Shown: positions 1 to 12,817 of the stretch, one piece after another | Position numbering within the stretch: the stretch's first letter is position 1 | Layout: the number at the start of each line of letters is the position of its first letter | Assembly: GCA_002633005.1 (NCBI GenBank) | Contig: NMRA01000926.1 | Coordinates: forward strand, 33,010 to 97,009 | DNA: 64,000 nt | Reading direction: 5' to 3' | Source: Phoronis australis | Taxonomy: Eukaryota > Animalia > Phoronida | Translations under genes and position numbers: made by a program | The notes under the pieces: model-generated | Database searches by the model: none | The model's input: only the letters and a program-made list of their open reading frames with translations | What the model was told of the DNA's origin: nothing

Positions 1-229
1 AGCCAAAGTTGGAAACTAAGCTTGAAGTCAAGAAAATACTATACTAGTGAGCTAAAGAAGTAATGTGCACGTGATTATTTTAGTGAAGCCACGAAACTGC
101 AAATCTACTAAGGCCCTATTCGTCGGGGGCCGTGAATTCAGGTTCCCGTTTGGCCACAGAACCGCCAGGGCAGAAGTTGTACATTGACAATCATTATTTG
201 AATAATGTATAAGTAAATAAAGATTCCCC

Positions 230-598
230 NNNNNNNNNNNNNNNNNNNNNNNNNNNNNNNNNNNNNNNNNNNNNNNNNNNNNNNNNNNNNNNNNNNNNNN
301 NNNNNNNNNNNNNNNNNNNNNNNNNNNNNNNNNNNNNNNNNNNNNNNNNNNNNNNNNNNNNNNNNNNNNNNNNNNNNNNNNNNNNNNNNNNNNNNNNNNN
401 NNNNNNNNNNNNNNNNNNNNNNNNNNNNNNNNNNNNNNNNNNNNNNNNNNNNNNNNNNNNNNNNNNNNNNNNNNNNNNNNNNNNNNNNNNNNNNNNNNNN
501 NNNNNNNNNNNNNNNNNNNNNNNNNNNNNNNNNNNNNNNNNNNNNNNNNNNNNNNNNNNNNNNNNNNNNNNNNNNNNNNNNNNNNNNNNNNNNNNNNN
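230..598. other. Assembly gap
   Basis: Run of N. Confidence 1.
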
Positions 599-599
599 C

Positions 600-750
600 T
601 CAGGATATCAGTTCGAACCAGCTAGAGTACACTGATCAAGAAGTATTAGAGAGGCGCCGTGAACGTGCACAAACAATGGAGCACATGGATAGTTCCGAAA
701 ACCGTCTCATGGTGTCAGTGCGCTAACTGCACCATAATGGAAACAACTGA
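600..750 (+). pseudogene. KolX / P2X7 C-terminal-like Cys-rich protein remnant (Kolobok accessory gene), frameshifted and truncated
   Basis: GYQFEP..EYTDQEVLERR in one frame, then WCQCANCTIMETT in another, matching the YxFEP ... WCxCxxCxxMxT pattern. Convergent with the THAP ORF. Confidence 0.65.
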
Positions 751-1086
751 TCCACGTTTCTTTGCTTCCTGCCTGCCGAACGCAAACACACTAGGCACAA
801 CATCTGACTTCAGCCTCGGTTGCTTTTTCTGCCCTGGCATGAGGTGTTTGGCAAGCCGGAATTCGTCAGTGAATTCACTGTCCACGAAATGTCGGCCACA
901 GACACGGAGATGTTTCACGGCCTCGTACTTGGTATGAACTCCGTACTTGTCATTTTTCACTGCCGCGAGCCACTTCCAAAGCATTTCGGGCTCTCGAGGA
1001 AATCGAAAAAACGATGCACCCGCTTTCCTCGCCCCTTCATAGTTCAAACAGGCAGGAACGACACACGACACCATGGCGGAATTCAC
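715..1086 (-). CDS. THAP zinc-finger domain (N-terminus of a truncated transposase), open frame of 123 aa
   Basis: C2CH THAP signature: CVVPAC...FFRFP...W...V...RVCGRHF...LKSDVVPSVF. No DDE domain follows; the frame runs into the antisense of the KolX remnant near 748. Confidence 0.8.
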   Translation of the reverse strand: MNSAMVSCVVPACLNYEGARKAGASFFRFPREPEMLWKWLAAVKNDKYGVHTKYEAVKHLRVCGRHFVDSEFTDEFRLAKHLMPGQKKQPRLKSDVVPSVFAFGRQEAKKRGSVVSIMVQLAH

Positions 1087-1332
1087 TCTGCATACGAACC
1101 ACTGACGTCGCTGCGGACTTTCTCACCTTCCTCACAGGCTAACGCGACACCTCTCGGCAAGGTAAGGTCGACCGTGTACGAGCCGATGTGGCCCCAGATC
1201 GATTAAGACGGTAAAAAAGACTAATTAAATCGGGTGGCATTAGCCTTTAAGTATAGACCTAATTCACGCCGACAGGAGGCGCATTCTAAAACGAGGCTCG
1301 CTACGATAGTTCTGCTGGGTTATCGGCATATT

Positions 1333-1465
1333 TGTATTCGGCGTTGCTCGAACTGCTAGAAAAAATTCGGACTCTGAACTGTCTGTTTTACAATCCAGAA
1401 TGTTGAGATTCGGAAGCGTTGGGTCGTTGCCATACGGCGCAACGAAGGAAAATATGTCCGTGTAA
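1333..1465 (+). pseudogene. Second, decayed THAP-domain fragment from a different transposon
   Basis: Translates as CIRRCSNC*...EIRKRWVVAIRRNEGKY, with stops; resembles the THAP 'RxxWxxAIRR' helix. Confidence 0.45.
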
Positions 1466-1615
1466 AATTTATAAATGTTTTCGGAAAGTTAGATCATATT
1501 TTGTGGCATCTCGGTTGCCGAGCATCATAGCAAAAACTGGAGAATCTTCGGCCAGCCAAGCTGTGTTTTCATGACAACGAGTTGAAACGTGATGCATTTT
1601 TCTTTCTAAAAAGGA

Positions 1616-1952
1616 CAGGACCCTCAATCCCTCGATTTTGGGGCTGAATATCGTCCCTATTCCCTCTCAAAATATTAAAAAATCACGCGAAATTCCCCCC
1701 ACGAGGCCTAAAAATTCCCCTAGTAGTGATTGAAAATTTTTCTTCAAAGTTCAAATCGCCTAACCACACTGGTGAAAATTTGAAAAGCACATGGAAATGC
1801 TACGTGAGACAGAGCCTATGGAGAACTTGTAACAGGGCAGGTTTGCTATGAATGGTGATCGGGAAGTAGATTTTTCCCCTCCTCACTCGGCGAAAAAATT
1901 CCCTCCGATCTCCGAGCATAGGCACCTTTCCCCTCGGATAACGAGGTCCCTG
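1616..1952. mobile_element. Possible MITE with CAGG...CCTG termini
   Basis: CAGGACCCTC at the left end and GAGGTCCCTG at the right, with internal repeated TTCCC(T/C) motifs. No clean TSD. Confidence 0.35.
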
Positions 1953-3297
1953 AAGAAACATGATAACTATGCTTGCTCTGCCCAGTTAACTGAAGTTGAG
2001 CCTAACACGAGATTACGCTTTGGACAAACGAAGGTGTTTTAATTCTAAAATTCAACTTGGTCCACATTGATATTTAAAACCTAACATATGAAATAGAAAG
2101 CAAAATTGATGATCAAATAATTTTTATTTTCCTTACCAGCCTGGTTATTTATTTTAATAAAGATATATTTAATAACATCAATTATTTTTTCAGATCAATG
2201 ACAAATCAACTATTACTCCCGGTAGTCCCTACCTCACTTGGACCTACATGTAGGCTATGCTTGATCAAAAAATTAAACCAGATGTGACTAATTGCACATC
2301 ACGGCAAAATGTGATGAGCCACTACTGTCGAATGTATCTTCAACTCGTCAACAATACAAGCAGATAACCTGGGTCGTGTAGAAACAAAAACAATTTACAA
2401 GAAGAAACGTAACCCTGCATTCACCATAATACCTATTCCGTAACACTACGGTCGTCTTAATTTGATCATATTTACTTTTTATTATTCGAACTTAGTTTTC
2501 CGAAAAAAATTATACCCTTTCGTCAGACAACTCTTTGGTGCCTTGTCTTGTTCCCTAATGTATTCGTTCTACTTCTCTGTAGTTAATTATAGACACATTT
2601 TTAAGATTTAAGGTTGGATTCGAAATACCGACCATTTAACTCACGCAATGTCAACTTCCGCTTTGTTTAGGCGGCACATAATAGTTCTCAGTGGGTTTTG
2701 CCCAGCAAAACACACATCACTTGATTTGTCACCTTTTCTTCACTCTGTTGAAAAGAGGATGCAAAGAATGACATGTTTTCAGTTATTTCACATAAAAAGC
2801 CCTGCAGATGATCGCAGAAACTTTATTCTCTCTTGTATTTTTGACTGAAACCAACCTAGAATAAGAAAAATAAGGGCAAAAAGTGCAAAATCACACCACT
2901 TCCCTGCCGTTGCACGACTAAAACCAACATTTGATTCTGAAAGCAAATTTCCCACAGATCCCGAAAATGTGGTCCAAAAGTATGTCAACCATCTAGTTTT
3001 TTGACAATTCTGGATTGTTTGAGGGCTACCTAAAATTTCTCAGTCGCTACATAGAAATGCCCAGTTGCAACTGGGAGAAAATGCAGCTACAGCCGATAAA
3101 GTGGCCTTTTTATTCTCAGCATGTTCCCAAATACAAACAAACCACATTCACTGATCCTAAATGCAATTCCCACCAACAAAATCCCCCCAAACTTGGCTTA
3201 CCCCAAAATTTTAATATTTTAGGAGTGCAAATTGGACGCGGCCGCAGGTTAACTGTTCAGTGCCACCTTATCGCAGTGATCCTCGCTTTGGATTTAA

Positions 3298-6200
3298 GTA
3301 CTAGTCCACGAGAGCACCAGCCATGAGCGGCAAGGTGGGGGTCAGCCGATTTTCACCAAATTTGGCACATAGGTAGTCCTATGGGATCTATAAGCAGCGG
3401 TAAAATATTTCCTCAAAATATTGCGTTTTTCTAAAGTTATAGGCTCAAACACATTTTACGGCTTCGCAGCCATGTTTTCACGGTATAAAACTGTCCAGAT
3501 TTAACTGTTCATCTTTTTCCTTGAATGAAAGCTATTGATTTATTATTCACTTGGCATTGTTTAGTGGTGCCTGTAGATTGTTACACAGATGTCTTGAAAC
3601 ACGATTCCGATTTACCGCCCTCATTTAGTAGTTTTACTACACTGCCCCCCGTTATGCCATTTTGAGGTTGTGTTCAGTACACTGCTGTACCAAATCTGCC
3701 CCCACTGTTATGAGAATGAAACTTAGCCAAAATGTTGACAAAACATGTTACTTTCATTTCATAAAATAAAAACTTTGTCAGCCAGTTTATTAGTTATATA
3801 TTTTGGCACCTCAAATGTACTAAAATGAGAAATTTTCATATATCTGAGATCGATGCGTGAGCACCGTAAAATCCGATTGTCCTTCATGTTTTTCGATATT
3901 TTGCAACAAGTTAGTTCCTCCTGAATGTTTTGAACGTTTTACTACTTACCACTTAGGGCTACAGTACCCCTAAATACCATACATGGCTCCATTTTGTAAA
4001 AAGCCGATTATGTCCTCCACAGTGAACAGGGTTAGACATGAACTCGACAAATGTAGGTTATTTTGATTTACAGTTGTTTTACTTTGCAATTTCCTCATGG
4101 GTATTTCTTCACACATATTCAAGTCAGATTTTCTGTTGATCAAATGTTCATGTAATGCATTGCAATATCAAATGAATGATAAGTTAGGTTGCATGACCGC
4201 AATTTTTCCCACGACTTAAATTAAAAGACCGCAGAAATTTTCCTGACGAAATACCGGGTTTGCAGTTCTGTAAAAACATTCGAATGACAAGACAAACTCC
4301 ACCACTGTCCATGGCAACTCGTCGCATGTTTTTCGCCCATCGGTCCTATCATTGTTTTCCTTTGTTGTGTCATTGTTGGATGTAACAACACAGGTCGCAT
4401 GGATATAGAACCTTGCGTACATCAGACCGTTGCCGATAAGTGCTCGTCATTATATCTTTATTATAACAACGGAAACAATGAAGATGCTAATCTATTGTTC
4501 TCTATGCGACCAGGTTTCCCGTGGATGACCACAGAAGAGGAATCCCAAAGTATCCACAAACAATGACCACGCACCTTAGTAACTATTACCGCGCACACGA
4601 ATCCTTTCCGTGGAACCTAAACACCAAATTTTTATATCCGTGTATTGTGTTGTATTGCTCATGGTACGGGTTCAGACTCTGTTGTATTAAGATTCCAATC
4701 CCCAACCCTGTAATATGTAGTTTGAGTAAAATTTCTAGACAATGCAGGTTTATGGATTTATTCTCCTTCAAATGAAGAGTAAAAATCAAATTCTGCACAG
4801 GTTTTTTAAAAGTAATCACTTATTGGAAGATCACACATCTAAAAAATAAAACAATGTTTGACAATTTTATTCATTATCTTATTTGAAAATTGCCTACCTC
4901 ACAGACAACTCATCTAAGTTGAAAATATTCCTTGTGAAAAAATATAAAATACCAACCAGAGACTTGTGTACTACAAAATATGTTTTCGTAATACAATGCA
5001 AAGATAACTGTACAGTCAAAAGTGCAAATGTTATGACTCTAATAAAAAATTGCCTTCTAGATCTTTTCAACACTCTAATTGCTACAGGACAGAGTCAACC
5101 ACACAAAGCTCATAAAGTCAGGGAATTACATTTAAGGTGATGTAGTCTCACTGCGAAAAAGTGATTTCGCAATATCGCTGACAACACTGGAAATCTCTTC
5201 TTCACAAACTTGAGGTAGCTGTATTTACCACATCAATGTTCTTATCAAAACTAACCACCACAAAATGAAAAATTGGCTTGTCGGTTCCAATTAGGCAGCA
5301 TTTTACAATGAAATGGTCATGAAAAAATACTTTTGCAACATGGTTTGCATTACAATTGCCCTACGATTACAGTTGTACATACATACTAGACCAGTAACAA
5401 AATTACCCATGGGAACCATAAAATGGTCAATTCGCCAAAAAAACAAGGAGCCACCAGAGCTAATGTGCCAATACTTTTCAGTACTGCAACAAAAAATCAT
5501 TTGAAGTGGACATAAACTCGCCTAAAATCACATAAAACAACTTTTGATTTAGATATTTTACCATCACGAAATAGGTATTACTTCCAGGTCACTTTTGAGC
5601 AATTTCAGAACTTTGAAAGATCTGGCAATATGCAATTGCTAGAGACCAGACTAATAGTGTGCGATTTTATACACACAGCATGGTCTCAAGGAATAGCAAA
5701 CTGTCAATTCGCTACAATTCCAGAAATCACTTCCCATCTGGATAAGGAACAAACTGAGCAAAGTTTATAGAGGTAAATGGTCTAAATCAAAACTTATTAC
5801 CTCCTGGACAGAATATGGGTTTACAACCCAGGCAGAAAGATAAGTTAACAAAACCAGCCTAACTGCAACAGGGTCTCAAATTTCAGTAATATATACCCAT
5901 TTACAAACAAAAATCTATAATGGTAAATAAAATGCGGAAACATAAATTCAGATCAATTACGCATCTTCAAGGAAAAGGAATAGTACAGTGGTCAGAAATC
6001 ATCTAAATGTGATGGCGACACTGAGAAATCCTGTCAGACCAAAAAATCCAGTGGCTAAACAAAATGAACAATGTACCATTACCATGTGGCCCAGGATCAT
6101 AATCCGTGCCTGGACAAAAATTCAGTCTTAGACTAGGTAAATTTTAGATTTGTGCTGTTCACACAAGCAGTTCTGGTGCAAACAAAGCTTGCGACAACAC

Positions 6201-8331
6201 ACAAGCCTACTTCCCTACACAGCTGTGCTGATACAATAATGCCCCCACTGGATTTAGCAGATCAGCCAGAGTATTTACAGGTCCAGCCACTGTACTGTTT
6301 CCTCCCTTTGAAGTTTTACAATGCTACATCCTTGACAATCGCAGATTGCCTCTTTCTATGCATACTCCACTTCCTCTGTCCCAGTTTCTCCACATTTGCT
6401 GAAAGTGGCCTATCTCAACAAATTACTTTAGACCTGTTGTGGTATAAGCCAGTAATCTTTGGCAAATACTTTTTCCCCAACTCGTTCCTCAAGCTACAAA
6501 TTCTCTTTGACATATCTTCTGGGAGTAGACTTTTCGGCCTCTCTCTAGCCCCCTCAATTAGTTGTCCAGAAGGGTACCTTCTTGCTGGTTGTGAACTTTT
6601 CATACCCAACCTTTACTAATAATCGGCAAGTCTCCAACTTCAGCAGAAGCCACTTCTTCAGCATAAGCCTTTCCTGATTCCTAAAATTGTATTAATAAAA
6701 AATTAAACATATTAAATTTAATGTGGCCATTTCGGCTCACAAAATATGAATACCAAGCTAAAGTGAAGGCACCAATATTTTTGACGGCTTTAGCATGTTT
6801 AATTAACTTCATAATCGCAGAAAATCATTGGTAGACAAAACATACTCCCTAGTTTCTAAAAGTAGTTCATGGGCAGAAGTCATGTTACACATTTGGTGGT
6901 TGTTATGAAAAGTTATGATGACTACCTATTTTCTATGCCAATGTATACATGTAGTTGCATAAACATCAACACATTTGAATAAGATATGATTAAGCAATAA
7001 GGCCCAAGATATAAGCAATCACGGTGTGTGAATAAAAGTATTTTTGCATGAATGACGTGCTTCTAAAAATATTCCTCAGGGTCAGACCCTGGAGTTTAGT
7101 GATTCCTACCTGAGCTCACGCGAAGCAGGACGTTGAACCTTGAAAGTCTTTGGTCATTTTTCAGACCTCTATCAGAATCAGATTTCTCCTCTAGTGTGCA
7201 GTGGATGTTCTAAGTGCCTTTGGCGACGCCAATATATCTCGAGTGTTGTAACGATGATTCGGGCAAGTGAATCTAATACGGTAGATTATGTAGCTCCTGC
7301 TGCACACAGTGCCTCCGAGGCAGACACCGAGAGTCTGACTGAGACAGACTACTCAGGAGGACACGTTCCACCTCCACATCAGCTCCACGTACTCTTATAA
7401 GGTGCTCAAATGTCTCGCTCTATACCTTGTGCATTTCCCTAGAGTTTCCAAAGTTGTTTCTCTCCGCAATTTGTAGAAATACCAGTGATGCGACTGGCAG
7501 TGCCAGATAAATAGATAAATTCGCAAACCCGCACTTTAGGTCAGCAATCATTCAACTAACGCATTGTAAGCTTTAGTTTGGTATTCAGACGAATTGGTTG
7601 AACAAATTTAGTATAATTTATATTTTATTGGGAAATGCTAGTGTCCTTAAAATTAATTAAAAACATTTAAGCAAATCAATTGTTTTAATTGTTGTATTAT
7701 ACCACGGCATATTAATGCGTAGAAACTTCGCACAACTAGTGACTGGTTAAACATGACAAATATGACATACGCGGTCTGAAAATAGTGAAATTCAGACACC
7801 TATTACCAAGACTGCCTGAAGGGCTGATAAAGTTTTTATTGTATTAATTTCAAGGGCATGGAGTCTTCTACATGTCCATGTTATTATTTTTGGTTTTCTT
7901 GCGGGGGCAGCTTCGCTATAAGGGTACAGCTTACTGCTGGTTTTTCACAAGACGGAAAGGTACCTCCACGGAAACAGTTCCAGTATTACCATGGTAACCG
8001 ATATTGCAGTGTCGGTGCCGTTTCTACTGACATTGGTCATGAACCTATCATGTGATATCAAAATTGTTCAGAAACGATTCTGTTTGAAGCAGAAACTGGA
8101 GTAGAAAATTTGGTCAAAAATGACTCATTCCACACCAAGAAATTGCCTCATTTTGCCCCCCAGAACACTTCCCTTGTATCTCCTAAACCACCAAACTTTG
8201 TGGTGTCATACTTCACCCATTTTCTCTCATCCCTAAAGTGATTGATCAGACTAAACATGGATCTGAATGGTTGACCCCCCACCTTGCCGCTTGTTGGCTG
8301 TACTGTGGTCGGTGGATCCGTGGACTGATAC
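3298..8331. mobile_element. TTAA-flanked TIR DNA element, non-autonomous, superfamily unassigned, copy 1
   Basis: Left end TTAA|GTACTAGTCCACG...GCGGCAAGGTGGGGG; right end CCCCCCACCTTGCCGC...CGTGGACTGATAC|TTAA. Confidence 0.65.
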
Positions 8332-8369
8332 TTAATGTCCGCCTCGTGAGTTAGGTCTATACTTCAGTT

Positions 8370-8630
8370 TTCCCCATCGTAATGATACACTTGATCGTTG
8401 TGAATTAAATTATTAAAGCTAATTTTTGCGTTCAACATGTTTTACGATAGGGAATATTCGTCTTGCCTGTTTTACCTGGAGAGAGAGAGTTCCTCGGTTA
8501 CAATCATGTCGCGATTATCTCTACTTCTCCTTTTCTTCATGACTCGTTGTTTGTTCTTGAGAGGCATTTTGACAATAATGGGGCGATGTTTACCTGGGAA
8601 CTTTCGAGCGATTCTGTGCATTATATTTCT
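8370..8630 (-). pseudogene. Decayed LINE ORF1 (L1-type RRM/CTD-like) fragment
   Basis: Minus strand reads MHRIARKFPGKHRPIIVKMPLKNKQRVMKKRR...IVTEELS, similar to the HR...RPIIVKF...I.ED pattern of ORF1p. Confidence 0.45.
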
Positions 8631-10218
8631 CTTCATAACATTGAAACATAAAGCAATTGACTGATTTTATGCAATTACGAAATTTGTTAGTAACTTTCAC
8701 AAGTACTTTCTTTTACAATAGTATCCAAGGGCTCCAAATCTAACTCGCTCTCTTTTGACCCACTCTGAGATCTCATTAAGTGAGCCTGTTTTGACTGGAA
8801 GCTTCTGCATATCCTTGAAAATCCATACTTGTAGTTATATTCAATCAGCTGTATTGCAAATATCTTTTGTTGCATGTTCACTGGCATACATGTACATGTA
8901 GCCTACAGGGATCAACCAAATGAAAACAACAGAGCCTTAATAGAGGTGGTTACTCAAGTATGCTTGAGTAGCTCCCACTGTATACTATGTATTTGCTAAG
9001 CAATTTCTTGCAAAACCGTCGAAAATCCCTAATGCAACCGTAGAAGATATCCCCAAACTAGTTCACTACCATCCTGGTTTTTTTACAACCATAAATAACA
9101 CAGAATTGATATGACCCCAAAACTAGAGCAATACTATTCTGCACTTCACATGGGCCCACTTTCATTATGAGAACAAAAAGTTAAACATTTCAACAAAACA
9201 AATTTCCAAACAAACATCTGATTTGTGTAATTGTATTTGTAGTCCATGGTATACATAGCATACACTATCTGTCATGCATAAATATGACATGAAAACCCTA
9301 GATTCAAGATCCTCGATAAATGCTGTGGAACCCTCACAACAGTCATTATTAACTCTATCTTTGTTACTTTACCAAAAATTCAGAAATACACCGTTTTTTG
9401 GCCACCATATGGGGTAAACAAGAATTTTGAACTCTACTGAAAATTCAGCATGCATGAAATAACGCCCGAATCCTTTACGTGGTTATCAGATAAATTGAAC
9501 CGCAGGGCCCCAAGTCATCGGGCCAATTTGGGGGACCGATGTGCCATGTTAGAATTTCCTGTCTTTTTTATTCCAATATTGGGAGGGTGCATTTTGATGT
9601 GCTGCTCTGTCTTCTACATGTTCCTCATCGATGAGTGATTGGGCAAAACTGTGAACTGCACATTAGGCATCCTACAGCAGTTCAACTTTTTTAGTACCTG
9701 TAAGCTTCACTAGTTGTAAAATTATAACATATCAATGTAATTTTAGAGAAATACCCAATTTTTGACAGATTTGTCATGTTAAATTAACTTCATATCACAG
9801 AAATTCAATGGACGACATACATGTAACATACTCTCTAGTCTCTAAAAGCAGGTCATGGGGAGTCGTCATGTAAATTGTTTTAATACATTTGGTGGTTATC
9901 ATGAAAGGTTATGATGACTACCTATTTTCTATGTCAATGGAACATAATTTCAGTTTAGTAAACATGCTGGCCATTAACTGAAACAGAAGAGAAAGATTCG
10001 AGGACCGGAACCGAAGGACAACGCTGGACAACAGTTCTGTAGTCTAGTTGCCAGCCCAAGAGCTCCCATAGTTGATTACTGTAATTTTTTGTTCAAATAT
10101 ATTAAATATGATCAGGAGAACTATAGTGGGCCAAACAGTTTGATAACAAGTTTCATGAGGGTTGTATGGCATGGAAATGCACATACGCTCAGCAGTTCAG
10201 TGCTCTTGCGTCTAGTAT

Positions 10219-10868
10219 GGTTACTGGCCATTACTCCAAAAATACTCCGAAAAACCTCTACTCCGAAGAAACCCACGTCTCCTCCAAATATGAACGCATT
10301 TGTTTCATTTTATAACACTAATACATGCGCGCACCCATTCTAAAATATGGGGGCTCGAATTTTTGGCAATATGGACCTTTTATAAACAAAAAACTTGGGA
10401 CTAAAAAAACGGGATATCACGTTCAGGGCCATGAATTGTGCATTCGCGCCTTTTTAGTGGACTTTTGTCTCGTTTTCTCGGACTTTTTGTGGTTTTGAGG
10501 CGGACGTTTTTGCACACTTCACCAAATGGGGGGCTCGTTCGAGCTCCCCGAGCCACCCCCCTTGGGTACGCGCATGTAACATGATACATTTTCACTCGAT
10601 CAAGTGAACTTCAAAGAAGATAGGATACAAGAGTTGTTAACTAGAAAGACAGTAATAATGGCAGAAATATGTCATTGGACTTCATTGTCCAAATTTATTG
10701 TTGTGTGGATGTTTTTTAGTTTCAAATTAATAAACCATTTGGGAAATTTTGAGAAAATTTAGGAAGATCGAGTAAAAATCTCGTAGTAAAGGTGATTTTT
10801 CGGAGTAAAGGACCTTCGGAGTAGCTGTGTTTTTCGGAGTGGTGGCATGGAGCATCGGAGTATTAACC
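10219..10868. mobile_element. MITE with inverted subterminal ACTCCGAA repeats, nested in the Academ-like element
   Basis: GGTTA...TAACC ends with TAT on both flanks. Repeated ACTCCGAA on the left arm and TTCGGAGT on the right arm. Confidence 0.55.
10324..10576. mobile_element. Small TA-flanked MITE (CATGCGCG family)
   Basis: TIR CATGCGCGCACCC / GGGTACGCGCATG with TA flanks. Related copies at 16968-17116 and about 55990-56149 (reverse). Confidence 0.7.
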
Positions 10869-11905
10869 TATTACACTCCAGTGTAGTCAACGGAAAGGCT
10901 AGAACCGATGCTCTGTAGGTTTACAATCTCATCACAGCCATGTTGTAACTCCATGTCTACTCAAATGGGGCCAAGTCTTATGAAGAGCTGGTGGTTTACC
11001 TAAAGATTGTCCTTCAACAACGCTGTCTCAAGGACATCTTTTTCTTCGTAACAGGTCACCACGATTGTGTACAGCTCCTGCGCTGGTGTAGCAGTCTTCA
11101 AAATAAACCAAACAACGTGGAAATTATTTTGGCCTAGAATACTATAGCGCCTCCATGTACGTTGTCTTAATTTTCACAACTTGCACGTAACTCCATTCAT
11201 AAATAAACAATAAAAGACTAAGCGCAGTAACGTCAACCTAAACTACGAGAAAATTTCGACAAAAGTGCGACAAGCGTTCGATTAAGGTGCCAAACATTTC
11301 TGGCAAGAAATTTATACCAAGTTTAGCAGCTTGACAGACTTCTTTCGAAGTTTATTTTGGAGTTTGCTGTGTGTGTAACACCTGTCCAATAATGTCGAAA
11401 AGTTCCACTCGAAGCTGCATACGTGGATGACAAGACTGTAGTACCTGTTGACCTTTTCTAAAAACAGGCATACTGTACATCAAAGGAGTAAAAGTTTCTG
11501 GGGTTATAAGAAGCATTTTAATGAGAGCCGAGAAATTACAGTGCAAGTGGTCATATGGTTAAAGAGTTCCAGTGGGAGTGCCCACCTTGATCCTGCCTTG
11601 AAGAATATAGGTCATGTGAAATGAAGGTGGTGAAGAGCAAACTTTACGTAGCGGAGGACAGGAAAAAGACTAAGTACAAGAAGGGAGTAGTTGACCTAGA
11701 CGAGGATGACTAGAGAACGATTACAGAGGAGATAGAGAAGCACAGACACCACTAACCAGCCGTCATATCTCCATAAGTTCTGCAATCGCGGAGTAGATTT
11801 CAGAACGGTCTGGCCATTGGCCATGAGCAGAGCAGTCAGATTTTTGGTTTTGGTAAGCAGTGAATGTTACAAAGTGTCAGATTATAGTCTGACAGTATTT
11901 TTAGT

Positions 11906-12817
11906 TGTAATGTTTTGTTTTGTTTTCTTATTCTTCTTGATTGGCATGACCCCTGAGTTAAATACGGTGATGATGTAATTTGTTTACTACAAAGTGTGGA
12001 ACTTTCTAGAAGACTGAGGTCAGAACAGTGATGATGTAATTTGTTTACTACAGTATAGTGAGTGTCACGTTTTTCCCCGTGTGTGGGTGGGCGCAGGTGG
12101 TTACCAACCGGTGCTAATAGCTTTCGGTGCGAAGATTGACTGAAGACTGGTTCGAGTTAAACCTTTATTAATCTCGACCGTATGTTCACAAGCCTACTCA
12201 AACAAAACGTCCGACGTAATGTCTGTTTATGCTCCAGCCAGTGCTGCGAAGCCTTGACTTGTGATGAACTTCTGAGACACGTTCAGCAACTGTTACACTC
12301 GTTAATTCAATAACCTGCTGTCTCTACATTTGTATAGCTGACTCTCTATTGACTATCGCTGTAACTGCTGACTCTCTTCACTGCAACTCAACTGTAGTTC
12401 TCCTGATTGACGTACTTGAACTGACTTGATCTTCTGACTTGAACTGACTTGATCTCACTGACTTAATCTTCTTGGACTCAAGTGACTAACACAAACCCGT
12501 GCTTGTGCATTTATAGCCTAATGCATTGTTCTGGAACTTTTCATCAATTCAAGCACATACCAGAACTTTCTGGAACCTACCCAATCATTCTACAAACATG
12601 TAATAGTCTCTAGAATATTCCAGACTGCATTAATCACTGTCATGCTAGAGTCTTCTAGAAAGTTCCACACTATACTGTAGTAAACAAATTACATCATCAC
12701 TGTTCTGACCTCAGTCTTCTAGAAAGTTCCACACTATTTTGTAGTAAACAAATTACATCATCACTGTACTTAACTCAGGGGTCATGCCAATCAAACAGAA
12801 TAACAAAACAAAACAAT
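11906..12817. mobile_element. LTR-like sequence: partial + copy (11906-12060) abutting a - copy (12063 to the gap)
   Basis: 11910-12060 is the reverse complement of about 12668-12817. TG start at 11906; the minus copy ends ...GTGACA at 12063 and has CTATAAAT and AATAAA in the expected order plus TTCTAGAA motifs. Confidence 0.5.

Larger units (their letters stand above)
1..1246 (-). mobile_element. Kolobok-type DNA transposon deletion derivative, copy 1 (other end lies just before the window)
   Basis: Ends ...GGCATTAGCCT followed by TTAA (1247-1250). Carries a THAP ORF on - and a KolX-like remnant on +. It is the reverse complement of the TTAA-flanked copy at 56923-57901. Confidence 0.8.
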
